A stretch of 64,000 nucleotides of DNA from Balanoglossus misakiensis (Eukaryota > Animalia > Hemichordata), in contig CM082588.2 of assembly GCA_040954595.2 (NCBI GenBank), forward strand, positions 2,330,144-2,394,143, written 5' to 3'. The first letter of the stretch is position 1. Every line of letters starts with the position of its first letter. A model generated the notes under the pieces. The model was not told the DNA's origin, did not search any database, and worked only from the letters and a program-made list of their open reading frames with translations. Made by a program: the position numbers and the translations under genes. Shown here piece after piece: positions 39,897 to 53,899 of the stretch.

Positions 39897-41253
39897 AGTA
39901 AACCCTCTTGGAAAAACTGAGTCAGAAAAATACTGTAAACTTACATCTACTCGTACAAATTCTTGGATATTCCAGTCAATTCCATTTGAATAAAAACTAC
40001 TGTTTTCAGGTTTGAACTGAACAGCAATTTCAGGGTCTACACTATCAGATAACTGGTCTGAGAACACACACGCACTCAAAAAACCCACTGGAAACCCATA
40101 TAATTTTTATGAATATTCTTTTATCATTTTGACACATATGACCACGAATATCTAAATATTTTCACAAGGTACCAGTTGAAATACAGACACAACACACAGC
40201 TGCAATTGACAAGCTAGTAGAATTTTTTTGACAAATATTTCAAGCCATTTTTTCTTGTACATGTACTGTTGTTCAATCCCAGAGTGACTGTGGATCAAAG
40301 AATAGAGAAACTTAAACAGTACACGTACATGACTGGGTTATTATAATACAACAAATCTGTATAGTTTTTTGAAGCATAGAAAGAAACTAAATCAACCAAA
40401 GTAATGTCAAATATGAGCAACATTGTCCCTTTGAGGTAAGTTACTTGGTTGGTTACTACTAATTCTAGAGAATTACTGTGTTTGAAAAACTCATCAGAAG
40501 TTGACTTTGGAAAAATTTGTGCTGATTGAGATTGTGTGAAATCATAAATAAATACAAGTTACATCCAAGTTTGCAAGTGCAGCAGACACTGTACACATTA
40601 AATAGTTTTTTCAAAAATGCAAACAATCAAGGTGTATCTACATGTACGGCAATTTGATGGAAATCTTAAAGGTCCTTTTATACCGTCATGTGAAATATAT
40701 ATTATGTACACATAGGAAACTCAGGTGAGAAGCACACAGATAAGCAGATAGTAAGATTGATTTGGAAATATGTACAGACATCGCTGGCTGATAATGTTCT
40801 ACAGTACAATACCTGAACAGTACCTCTGTTTTCTGGAGATTATAAAGGAAGAGTCCTTAAAGTGAGAAACAACCGAAATTTTGTTTGTTTCTTTTTCAAA
40901 AAAAATTACACAGCCCTTTGTGTAAACTGGATTAAAAAATTATTTTCCAGTGGAAAAATGCTGAAGGGTTCCCCTGTGACTAATATTTGAAAATTTAATT
41001 ATAAATAAAAATATACAGGGTATTTTTAAGGCGTTACTTTCCAACAAGTGACATAACATAGCCAACTCTATAGTATTGAACATATAAATTTTCCATGGGA
41101 TAAAAATTGTTACAATGAGTGTTGACCATATATTTTACCTAGTACATATAACAACAGATCGGTTGATTGGAATATTAGAATAAAAAAATTAAGCTCTCCA
41201 TGCCAGTATTACGTTTAAATTGGATATCTCTTGATCAATTTTTTTAAAAAACA

Positions 41254-44200
41254 TCAATGTACTTTACTCCGACTTCTCAACGATCGTCTTTTCACTGGTG
41301 GTTCAGTGTCCGGGTTTGTGGCTTTTTCAGCTTTCGTTGTCACCCCCACTGAATGGTGATCAGTGGCCAGCCGCCCACTCCTTCGAAGAGCGTACGCATG
41401 ATCGCTGACAACTTTGTGTGTGCTGTTTGTGGGTGTGGGTGTTCGTTTCTCCCTCGTGCGAGGGCTCTCTTTCATCGGTTCTTCTATGGGCGATGCTGCG
41501 TACGCGTGTTCACTGTTCACTCTCTTGCTCTCTTCTGCCTTTTCTGTTCTCTCCATTTCACGTTTTTCATTCATCTCATCACATTCTCCAGCTTCTGACT
41601 TTAGAATTCCGTTACTTGTGTTAAGATTTTCCCTCTCTGGAACACTTTCAAGTCTTTCATCTGGTGATGAGCTTTCTGTTTTCTGTGAGCAGAATTCATC
41701 AGTTGATGCCATTTCCATGTGTGATGACAATTTTCCTTTCTCAACGCTGGTGGCAGATGACAAACATTTCTCTGCCTCAACACTGGCGGCAGATGAAAAA
41801 TCTTTCTCTGCCTCAACACTAGTGGCAGATGATGAACCTTTCTCTTTGTCAACAGTGGTGGCAGACATAGCACATTTTTCTTCTTGAACACTAGCAGCAG
41901 ATAGCACACATTCTTGTACATTGTCAACAGCTTGACGAATACACTTCTCAGTTTCCACATCGCTATTGGCTGTTTCTTTGACCTTGTTTGTTGATCCTCG
42001 GTTTCCTTCCTCCTCTGTATCTGACAACTCGATCAATATTCTCTTCACTGGATCCTCCACTTCTTCGCTTCCCGTTGACTTTCGTTTTCTGCTACTTTGT
42101 GTTTCTTCATTTAAAGTGATGTCTTCGACCTCCTCCATTTTTGTTTCTGTCTGTTTCTTGCTGTCCTCTGTCACTTTATCTAGAATATGTTCACCTTCTA
42201 GTTCAGACTCAGTATTTTCCACTGCGATAAAATGCTCCTCCAAGTCAGCAGAGTTGCCATCGTCAACAGAATCCTTACTTTCAGAATTGGCAGGGCTATC
42301 TCCAACACCACTGACATCTTCACGTGTATCACTGACATCCTCGCGCGAATCACGTGTTCGGAAAATCGGGATTGGAATCGGAATCGGGATTGGCACCGGA
42401 AAGATGACCGGGTAGGGAACCATCAACGTCGCCGGCGGAATGTTGATCTGGGAGCCGTCCACTTGAGGAAGGAAGGGAAAGCGTTGCTGGAATTGATGCA
42501 GAGCGTGAGGCAACGGGAATCCGTGTGGGGGAAAGGGGAACAGGTTGGGGTGTGGAGGTCTGTGACCTGAAAAGTTCTGAGGGGGAACCCCTGGTGGAAA
42601 CTGGGGAACTTGGGGTTGGTGCTGGGGCACTCCTGGAGGGTTGGTGACGATGATATGTGGCTGAGGATGCTGGTTGTGGCCGGATGATCCAGGATGTCCC
42701 ACTGATTCCGGATACAGTGGCGCCGCAGGTGGGTGTGTCTCCAGTGTAGGATTGAGTTTGTGGCGCGACAGGTGTCTTTTCCGCTGACCAGCATGCGCCA
42801 AGACCTGCCCTGATTGGATCACTGACTCTGTCCTGAGTGACTGGTCCGACGGCGACGTAACCGACAGCAGTTCGTGCCCTGGAGACTGCACCACTGAACC
42901 GCCACCGCAGTTGACCAACACATTTTGCTTGTCCGACTCGGGTGGGCTTTTCCCCCACGAATCTTGTGTTATGATCTGCGGACTACCGTTTGTGACAGCC
43001 AGTCCTTTAGTGATGTCAATCGGGCTCGTTGGGACTGCCACCGGTGGGCCCGGGAGAACCGGACCCAGCGGCGAGCCTGGCGGCAAGGACGCCTGCGTCT
43101 CTTTGCAGAATATGTCCATCTTATACTGGTTCAAACACTTGATGCTGCAGAACTGTAGTCTCCTGTCCTTGCCGCCATAGTCTAAGTACTCCTTGGTGTG
43201 ACGGACATGCTTACACCAGTCGCACACTTTATTTCTCTTGAAGTACGCCCTCCTGCACGCGGCAAAGCACTTCTCACTGCAGAAGGCCTTGGACTCGGAA
43301 CTTGTATTCAGCGTATAACGCTTCATACCAAACTGCTGACACCACGCACAGACTATCTGCTTCTCTGGCAGCTGACCATCAGACACTGCAAAATATAAAT
43401 ATAAACAACATCAATCCATCTTAGTCATCATTCTCTGTTAAAATGGCCACCTATCAGTATCATATTTCTGCGAGTCTTATCTTGAGGTTAAGTTTTTCAG
43501 CAACAATGTTTTTGTTCAAAATGAGGTACCGGTAACATTAATGCTTGAATAGTATGAAATTTAATGTGAAAACAGCATCATGTCAGAATTACCTGAAAAC
43601 GGCTCGTCAGAAATCAGTGTTCTAGAGTCTTTCGAGTTTCTAAGCATGGTGAGAGCATTACCCAAGGAGGGTGGCGGTCGCGGGCTCCCAGCATACACGC
43701 CGACAATGGGTACAACAGTGGGAACGCTGGGTGCGATGGGCCGGAGTGGGGACGAGGTGGGCTTATCTCTTGAATGATGTGTGTGTTTTGTGGGCTTACT
43801 GTGGTCTTGGCAGGACTTCTCTCGGTGCTTTGAGGGATTCTGTTGTTCTGTGGATGATGATGAGGATCTGGATGCACCACCGCTCTCTGCTAAGGAAGAG
43901 TTGACAGGCTTTCATTATGTTGGATGAACAGATGAGATTATTAAACGAGAACTATTTTAAAGCCACAATAGCTGCCAATTTTTGAATTGAGTATATAGCA
44001 CACTTGTAGTCAACCACTGGTTTCTGATTTGCATCCAAATGTTTTTGAGCTATGGACCCAATACTGTGAAATCCTATACTTGGTTTTTCATGAAACATCA
44101 AGCAAATGCCTATGCTACACTCTCTTTAAGACTTACCTAGGGACCGAGCCAGGGTCTCTTGCATTGTTTTGTTGAAGTGGTTGAGTCTTAATCCCTGCGT

Positions 44201-46405
44201 GTCTGTCTCATCCACTTTATCGTACCCGTACCAACCCAGCAACTCATTCATGGTGTTTTCTGCAAAATCCTGTCAGACAATAAAAAGATGAAAATTAAAA
44301 AATAATTTTTTCATATATATATACAAATAGATTGGTACTTCTTTATCAAAGTTGAATGTGAAACTCACAGCAAAGTAAAACAGTAGCAGCAGTATTCTGA
44401 TTGACACCGTCTTCCCGAAGTGGACATCTACAGTACAACACAAGCAGAAACACACAAATGAGGCCAGGAAAAATCAGACAAATCTCCAATCGATCCAAGA
44501 CTGCTAAAGATCTGGTGGGGACTTCACACAGAACCCAATTCAGTCGCAAGCAGAAAAAGAGACAGTAAAGCTGGCTTCATTCGATGAAACATGAACTAGC
44601 CGACTGTCACATGGGTTATCAGTTTACCTGTATTCCTCTGAATAAGAAATACAACATCTCCTTGATAAAACTTCACCGAACAGACACACGATACACTCAA
44701 TGGCAGAGAGGCGTCTAAATTTACCGTTTTCTGGGCCCGACTTTCCGTTCATTTCCTGAATAATTAACTTTTTTCTAATAACCCTTGCAACTTAAGAACC
44801 GGGATCACCTTACAATCTGTAACAGTGATAGGGTTATCAAGCAATCCACCATTAGGTACTGTAGAATTTCATCCCATTATCAGCGTAACTCGAGACTTGA
44901 CTGAAGGGCCTTACCAGACAGTACCTTGTTTGTGTCCTTCGGGGAGAGAGGTGTGTTTCTCAAGAAAGATATTTGGCAAGACTAGAATCTTTGAATAAAA
45001 AAGGTACTGTCCAGTAAATTTTAGGTTATGCTTTTCACTAAAATTAAAATCTGTTAAATCTTGATCTAATTAAGATATCTACATAGATTTTCATCCTCTT
45101 CAATGATGTGCATTTTTTTTTCCTTTTGAAAAGGAACTGCCCAAACATTATTCTAATGGGGAAACCTGAGATTTTGCAACTCGTGACATCGACAGACTGT
45201 CTTCATGGGATTATTTTCAGCGCTGAGTAAAGATGACTGTAATGAGTACGATATGATCATAATCATCCTAGGACTAAATTTCAAAGGCCTTTCAGAAGCA
45301 ATTATTGAGAAGACTATTTTGGACAAAGCCATTTCAAGCCGCCAAAAAAAGTCTAAAATTTATGATAGCAATTGGATTTAATCATATTAAATGACTGGAC
45401 ACTTTTTATAGCACTACTTAACATGCTAGATCAGTATTATGTAAACGGCATGCAACCACTCTATATTTCTGGGTAGTGACCTATTGGGACTTCCTCCTTG
45501 TCTGATTGCGCGAGTTTGCACATTGTAGACGTCATTACATGTATGAGCTTGAGCTCTTCATCATGAGGTTTGTCAAAGCAAACCTGTAAATGGGCAAAAC
45601 TTGAAACAACCCGATTGACAGGACATCTAATGATCTTCAAACTACTCCCTGCAATATGAATTCTGACTCGCAGTTAATTGCAGCGCATTTTGTACACGCC
45701 TCTCGGGTCTGTAATAGAGAATGGACACAGTGGCACTTCACTGAGCAGTAGCGAACTGAAAACCGATTTGGAACTCCCTAGATCCCTGCCCGGATCATAG
45801 ACAACTGACCGGGTGACGTATCTTTTTTGTTAAAAACAAGATGGATTGTTTCCTTTTCGAGAGGCTTGGTCTGTCTTCTGGACGGGCATACTTATTTTTG
45901 TTTGGCTGCTGTCTGTTGCATTGTATCGCTATCACACTGGCCGCTGGTGGTGAAATACGACCCCTTTTTTAATTTATGGCAAGCGCATACGTGATGCCTA
46001 TTATGCAGCAGCGCCGTCATGGGTGTGGGCGTCAGTCTGTACATTATGGATTAAGCCACGCCCACTGAATGTAGACTATGGATTCACCGAAATCGACACC
46101 AGAAACAAAAGGTCCAGGGCAGGTTTGCGAAAGCCACGCCATTATTTCAGCGCAAAAATTACCCAAGCAGTAAAATGCAGTATAAGTGTGCGGTTTGGGT
46201 TATTCCTCTGGTGTTTCTGTTTAATGCTGAGGGTGGGGCCACGATCGCATATTTTCATGATGCAAACATGTTGTCTTTCTGACCTGCCCCGTTGTCTGAG
46301 CTAGCTACGATTTAGACTTACTCGCATTTCATCGGTTGGTTCCTCTTTGACTTCGACCGAGCTGTCCTCTTCGCTTGCAGTGGTAGCTTCGTCGGCCTTC
46401 TCCAT
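41254..46405 (-). CDS. SOBP: Sine oculis-binding protein homolog, 4 coding exons, about 881 aa
   Basis: Motifs: [18 protein letters not shown]; FCS-type zinc fingers CAWCQ...[19 protein letters not shown] and [15 protein letters not shown]...[17 protein letters not shown]; [22 protein letters not shown]; C-terminal [10 protein letters not shown]. Exons 46405-46322, 44269-44137, 43889 (or 43886)-43593, 43385-41254. Confidence 0.94.
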
Positions 46406-46496
46406 GCCTGTGATGGGATATCGCTGTTGAGCTCCCCGCTATCAAATCAAAACACGTTGATCGCACAAGCCAGGTGTCAAGACTCGCTCACAACAG

Positions 46497-46506
46497 CCGC
46501 CATGTT
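46497..46506 (-). promoter_or_regulatory. YY1-like motif (AACATGGCGG) in the CpG-rich SOBP start region
   Basis: CCGCCATGTT on the plus strand, about 95 nt upstream of the SOBP ATG. Confidence 0.4.
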
Positions 46507-49500
46507 GCGTTTTGATGTCTCCGCCTTATGCGTTTGTTCGGCCTTTGGTTACTCCACCTTCGAGGATCGCGTTTGGGGGTGGGGTTACTGGTTATAATCG
46601 CAATATTAATCACAATATCAATCGGCCGGCGAAAGAACGAACGCTGTCAAAATAATAACGAGAATTATTTGGACTAGGAGGTTGCCTAGAGACGCGTCAA
46701 ACATTTTTATCAGCTGTCAGTCCATAAAACTTGGGAGAAACCCAGAAAGCAGTCGTCGAAAATCATGATAAAAGTGCCATAATATGCTTTGAAATTTTTA
46801 AGTTTTGGAAGAATTAGAGTTTATTGCCGAATCGCATGACATCTTAATATCCGAATAATATAAATAACAACCCAAAGTGAATGCAAAGAAAGCACGAAAA
46901 AAGGGTCGAAAAGTTAGTGTCTCCAATTACACAATGAATGCGCTCGTGCCGCCATTTTGAAATCTTTGGATCGACCGGTGGATCATTTTTTGTGCTTTTA
47001 TCGCAAAAAAACGAATACTTAAACATCGCAATTCATGGAAAGTCCTTCAAAATGTCCCAAACTAAGCTCACCCAGGTCAATGGAGGAAATATTGTACCCA
47101 AACATTACTTTTGAATCCACAAAAACGCAGTTTCTAGCTCTTTATATTACACAATTTTCTCATGTGGGAGGGGTCACCTCTCTCTCTTATCACCCCCCCC
47201 TCTCTCTCACTGCCGAGTGTGCTTGTATTACAGTCGATGGTTTTGTGCGTTTAATTTCGATTAATTTTTGGCCGACCAAAGTAAGTTGTGCAGATGCAGA
47301 TTGGGTGCTGTTGGCCACTGACATTGATTTTGGGCAGGCCTGGATTTTGGGTATGGGCCGAAAGGGCGCCACCATTCGGGAGAACTTTCGTCTTTCAGGG
47401 ACCAGTCTGGTGAAAGATCCGTATGCCTGGGTGATTACATGAAAATATGCCCGTTCTTTGATCTGAATGGTATTTCAGAGGAAATAAACAGGACCGTGTA
47501 TCCGCCCTTTCTAGTTCACGCCACATGCCCTACAAAGCTCGTATTTGTTCGCGGAGATGGGGGCGCGACAGTCTAAATAACCTATTAAAATTGTGAGGAA
47601 TTTTACATACAAATACAGGCGGTCGCTTCCATTTCCCACAGTAGTCAAAAGAGGCAAGCGGCGCAGCGAATGTGGATGTGGTTGTTTATGGTATCACCAC
47701 TGGAGATTTTGAAGTCCTTGGTGGAAAAAATCGTGCCACTGCAAGTACTGTGAGTATTTTACAAAGTATTGATATGTGTTTTGTTAAGTTTCAAAACCCC
47801 TTCTCTGACTTGACCGTGGCGCGGGACCAGCTGTCCCATTCGGCCTTGCAGCAGACGACCGTCTTGGTTGTCCGGCAAGAGTTAAAATACCCGGCGACCA
47901 TGTGGCCCGACCGGGAGTTTCCCCTGGACATATCCCAGCCAGCATTGAGTTCAACCTTGTTATTGGCATCTGGCAGTCAGTAGACAGTGGCATACAACCC
48001 GACAATATATAGGCCTTCAACTCGGCCTACTAGAGACTTCAGAAAAGTCCACAACTTGAGAAATATTAAGACCGTCGACAGTCGGACCACAGAATACTCT
48101 GCATTGTCCAATTCCTGCATGGGTTCAGGCCGATGCCGTGCGTCACAATGAAGTGTTCGCTTTGTCCTCGTCAGGTTGAGAATGTTGCTTTTGTTTTTAT
48201 TTTGTGTGTATCGTCACGTCCACCAAAGCAACGATTTCCTTTTTGCAGTATCTCGTTCGCGTCGTCGGAAACTGCATAGGTGATACCAAGACAGACTGTT
48301 TTTAATATACTAGTAGTGCATGTATTTGCGTCTTGTTTGCCAAAGTCGCATAAGAAGAACGGACGTATACTGACTGTGTGCGTGTAACTTCTCAAACACC
48401 GGTTATTGAAAGGTCATATAAGTTTCCACTGAAGTAGTATTCACACATGTCAGAGGTCACAGTTGCTGAACACGTGTGCGTTACTTATAACGCAAAAATG
48501 TGCAATCACTGTTGGCCGCATGACCAAAGACCTCGAGGCGAGACAAAGCCTGTTCCCAGCCGGAGGCCCATCCGCCTGTCAACAGCACCCTGGGGGCACA
48601 AGACAGTATTTACACGAACGGTTTACACGCCCCTTCTTCGCACTTTCGCAGTGCTTTAGCGAGCTTTGTCTGCCAAAGAGAGAATGGCCTGTTCTGAAGT
48701 AGTATTCAATGACTCCTTTCACTTCAACCTATGACTGCTGCGGGTTGTGATCAGTGGCTGGTGGGAAAGGATAATTTATTACGCCGATTGCCTGCTTTGG
48801 ATCACCCTTTCCTATCATGGTTTATCTAGATCTAATTAGATCAACTATCACATATGTCCTCAATTGACCTGACTGTTGACAGTGTAGGGTCAAAACTCAA
48901 TACAGCTGACATTGATTGAAAGAGTAGAAGAAAACGTTTAGATAAAATTTGAGAATTCACGTGGATAAATCTGGACTCAAGTTGGCGTCTTTTCCCTTAT
49001 ACCAGGATTTCTTGTTTAAACCCTCGAAGCTTAATATTCTGGGCATTACCGTGACACTGATGGACACTGTGTTTACCAAGTTATACGATAAGGATCTGAA
49101 AATACCAGTAGCTCGGCTCAGCGCTTCCGTTTCGCATCGTGTTTTTGCCAGCGTCTCATCCTGCTGCAGGAAACGTAAATCACACGGTAGAATTAGTCAT
49201 CTAATAGTTACCGCGATATCACAGATCATAGTTTGATCTCAGCCCCCACTACCACCTCACTGTGGTCAGGTATACCAGTACGACCCTAAATTGAAAACCA
49301 GAGTTGTCAGCATAAAGGGATACATGGCTTTATGCAGTGACCCGTTGCAAATTGCTATTGACCTGTAGGTCTGATGTTTGATTGACCGTGATTGAGACCA
49401 GGGTTTAAAAGCTCTTTAAAGATGTTGACCGCCAATGTGGAAGTCATTACCTTCCGACACAAAAGCAATAGACCTGAACCCGCAACCTTGACTGCTGTCG

Positions 49501-52500
49501 CGAACCCCAGACAATGTGGTAGTTGTCTGGTTGTTGCTGTTAATCATAGACAGTACTGTCTATGCTTTAATCTGTGCCAGACTATGGATTCTCGAGTGTC
49601 TATGCAGTGGTCAGGCCAACGTGCCAACAGTCATGTCACGTCCCGTGGTGGCGCTATCACAACGGCGTCGTGGTGAGCACCAAGGAGCTCAGCTCGTGGT
49701 TGAACTTCAGGCAACCAACGCCCGAGAAAACAAACAGTGAGATGTAATTAGAAGTAACCTAGACGCCCTTTTGGAAGTTCATGGTTATGTCTCGATACGG
49801 GGAAGCGTGGTTAACTTGTGACAAAAATGTTTAGTGGTCGAGATCGTGTCACGAAACTGTGCGAAGTTCACCAGACCCCTTCTCTCGTACTTTGTTCGAA
49901 ATCAAAGAGAATATTGAATTTTGGGAATTCTCGGTGATAAACGAGGCATAGACAGGTCAGATCAGAAAAACGACGACCACGATGGCCTCATAAAGAAAAA
50001 TATAAAGAAACACGAAGTCGCATAAATTCTGGCGTTGTAAAACGCGAAAGAATAACATCGTCCATATTGTTTGGATTGAGTGTCTCTTGAATTATCTTGT
50101 AGATGTCGCGTGCACATCCTATACCGTGCGATGATTCAGTGTTCCCCATCCATCCAGAGATAAGAGACACACACCTCAAGCAAAACGGACGAAGGTCGAT
50201 GTAGGGGACGAGATAATGACATGGTTCACTGTCACCTCGCTGTCTGCAAGCCGTTGATGCACGTTTTTGTGGGGGCATTAAATAGACAATGTGGACTGAA
50301 TCTGTTTACTCAGACCATGTTACTGGTCCACCACGAGCAGGGTCAAATGTGGCCATTTCCTGTTAGCGTTGTTTTACTTAGATATTGTGACACTTGTTAG
50401 TGATAATGGCTCCTAAAACTGTAGAGAGCGTGACCCACTTCAGATAAAATACGACTTCCCGCATTACGCCGGATTGTGACCTTGGCGTCTTCAAATTGGT
50501 CGGCCAAAAAGTGTCGCCTGTCCTTTTAAGACGTTACAGCTGACGGGTTTTGCCGTTGGCGACGGGGGAGATATGATGGCAAACTTTTGATTGGAACATT
50601 TCCATAAAATAAACAGCAACGACTGAAAAGTTGCTTTTTAATTACGGTTCAGGGCGCCACCATTGATGCTCTTTGGCGACCTCGAGGTGCGCGTGGAGAT
50701 CAAACAAACTCTTAACACAATATATTGTTTGCCCACGTTTGTCTTCATCTCAACGATACAGCTGAACCATTTAAAAGCTGGCTTTTGACGTCTTTTAGTT
50801 AGTCCGCAGTGAAAATATCGTGCGGCCTCGACGGAGACTGCCCCGGGAATATCTTTGGCCGTCGACCTTGCATTCCAACTTGTCCTCAACCGGGAACAGA
50901 AGAACTTCGCTGGACCCTTACATGCTGATGCTGGGAGTTGACGGTACCACACTTACAAGCCTGCTTTCGGTATTTCGCGTATGTGTCATTTTATTTATTT
51001 TTCTCACTTCTTTCAATCAGCTTGGATTGGTTTGTTCGAAATCACATTTTTCAGTGTGATAAAAACACCAATCTGCGATTATGGAGGATTATGGCGTGAA
51101 TGAGATGTTTGCTTGGTCGGATGTTACAGGTGTTGAATTCCTTGATCTCGGCGTTTTGCGTGGGTTGGTACCTCGTGCGAATCATTGATTTGTCGCTTCA
51201 AACAGAAATATCGTTTGGTTTATGTAGATAGCTGTGTTTATCGTCGGCGAAATATAATCGCCAGGAGTATCGCGAACGATAATGCTGTTTGTAGGTCAAA
51301 CGAATCGATGTATACCCTGGTCGCTTATCGAGATAGGGACTGTGGTGTACCTGTTCGTGCTTGATCTTGGGACGCGCTGGTATAATAGTGTTGAAGTCGA
51401 ATTCAGTAGGACTCTTAGAAAGACATGTGGTCTACACTGACAAAGATAAAGTGCCAGGCTGCGTCTGGTCCGCAAGTGCGACAGCTTCTATGTCAAAGGT
51501 GCAGCAGAAACATCTCTATGTTCACTGTCCCTTCACAGCTGAGAGATGCGGTGGGTTTATTGTCCTTCAGTTGGCAGCACACTTTCCTTACATAACAGCC
51601 TGGTTTGACACTTGGTAAATGACTGCGGTTTTAGACCCGAAGACGTTAATTTTGTCGGAGCAACCGACAGTCAGTGTTAATGAAACAGTATTGTGACGCT
51701 GTGTAAACAGGTTTTAACAGGTGGTCGGACTGTTCTGCTGAGACATTTCTACACCAAAACACAAAACACATTCTAACCAAAGAAGTTGCCCTCGCCAGTT
51801 TTCAGAAGATTAATGAACATAATCGTCGTCTGTGCCCGTTAGGGTCACCAGGTGTTAATTGGCTGTTAACGAGTTAGTATTGACCAAGCCCTCTTAATGA
51901 TTGTGTATGCACACGGTTACTTGTGGGCTCCAAGTCTGCTATGGAGGGACTGGCAGAGCCTATTAACCCATTGAAGCCGTCCGTGTGTACACAAGACAGA
52001 CAGACTCTTTCTACTGTCAATGTCCAAACCGAAATCGCCACTGTCTTCAGGAATTTGTAAACAGGCCGAGGTGCCTGTCTACTAAGCAGGGAAAATCCGC
52101 TGTGTACATACGGAGGTGACGAGCTTAGGACAGAATCATTTCAGGTTTACTTGTCTATACTAATCTCTTATATTAGTTGATGTTTAGGATTATCGTGTTG
52201 AAGAGTTATCACACCTGACGAACATTACGTGTGGTTTTCTAGTGTTCTTCTGTAAAGCTTCTGGGCGAACATCATTAACATGGGCCTTTGAACATGCGCA
52301 GGACATCTGTCGTGAATTTTCCTGTAAGCTTCACTTTTACTGTCAAGTGTAGTTCACACTTTCTCATATTATGAGTTAAGCTTATAGTTCTCCGATTACC
52401 AATGGCGGTGACCTTACAAGCTTGATGGATTTCTCGCGAACAGGTGTGAGGCCCCCGGTAGGACTGATCACCACATTATCATCAATTTCTCGGTCGACGC

Positions 52501-52963
52501 CTTGTCTGGGTCTGTGGTTGAACTGGTCAGGCAGAGAGATACCGAGATGCCTGCTAACCACATGTACAGTCACTGAAGAATGTGTAGAGTTGTTGGCTGC
52601 GTGGCACCTTTGGTGTACATGTAGTCTGGAAAGGGCGCCACATAGCGACAAGACAGACCAGCTCCTACAACCGTGCGCGGTTGCCAGGCAAATGAGGACG
52701 CCGCCGTGAAGTCACGTGATTAAATCGGTGGTGGTATCTGAAACCTTGACATCCACTGAAGTATCGCAAACTATAAGAATGTGTGTTCATGAGATGCTTT
52801 CTCTGGCAAGAGGCCACAATGTCATTCACACATACATCAGACTGTGATTTTGACAATAAAAATATCTCGCGAAAAAATGGCCCCATGGACAAAATGATCG
52901 CTGGCGCATTATTAGTGGACAACAATGTCACACATATGTCAAAACACAAAATATCCATCCGTG

Positions 52964-52984
52964 ATGGATGGATGGATGGATGGT
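52964..52984. repeat. (TGGA)n short microsatellite
   Basis: TGGATGGATGGATGGATGG run. Confidence 0.8.
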
Positions 52985-53899
52985 TGGCTCACGTATCTCG
53001 CAAACCGTTTTACTTTTTCATAAATCTTTATACAATTGGCCACATGCGATCACTCCATTGGTTGTGATGGAAGCGAAGTCTGGATCAGTTTGTCATATCA
53101 CCGACCATGATTCAAACAGCTATCACTGCAGTCTCTGTTATACTATGTTATATGATGCCTTGTTGTGGTCGAAGTCAAAAAGTACAACCACCCACCCTCC
53201 TTTGTGGTACAGACCTCCCTGTTTATAATGGTTTGGCCGTAAGTACCCGATTCGCGGCGTCTCGTCGAACAGCTGATCTGTTGAGCGTGTATTACCAAAG
53301 GGGAACTTCTCAAGTCCTGGGCACATATGATCGCAGCTGAGAAATCGACCCCATCAGTCGGCGCGGTGACTGTAGACTCAACAACTAGGTTACAGAGCTA
53401 TAGGATACATCGGCAAGTAGGCCAAGCCCGTCTGGACTTGGGGGAAAACGCTGATCATAGGAAGATACCGGAGGTAGCTATCAGTCAGTGGCATTTCTGA
53501 CAATGGGATGGGGATTTCTTCCTCTGGGCCCGGCTCTTGTCTTTGGGCATGCGCGATCAATGAAACTCCCGACTGGACCCTTGTTACGCGGCCACTGTAA
53601 ACCAAGGGACGGGTCAGGGTTTGCAAGGGGTGCTTGACAATAAGGCATAACCTTGCCTTACACCCTTATTGTGTGTAAATATTTGAAAGCGATAATTGGT
53701 CAACTTTGCAGAGGTGGGTTTAATCACTGTTAAGGGACGCACACGTCATTGGTTTGGAAATGAAAGCGCCCCGGAGAGAGAGAAATGGCACGTCCCTGCA
53801 TGAAGTTCATAATACCACTAAGACTCTTTCCCTAATGTTATTGACAGTGCATTGTCTGTACTTCCCAGGTTCTGACAACTGGACAAGGTAAATCCGGGA

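Noticed and set aside
47035-53626. Scattered 60-135 aa ORFs between SOBP and NOX4
   Set aside because: No recognisable domains, consistent strand or splice-phase chain.
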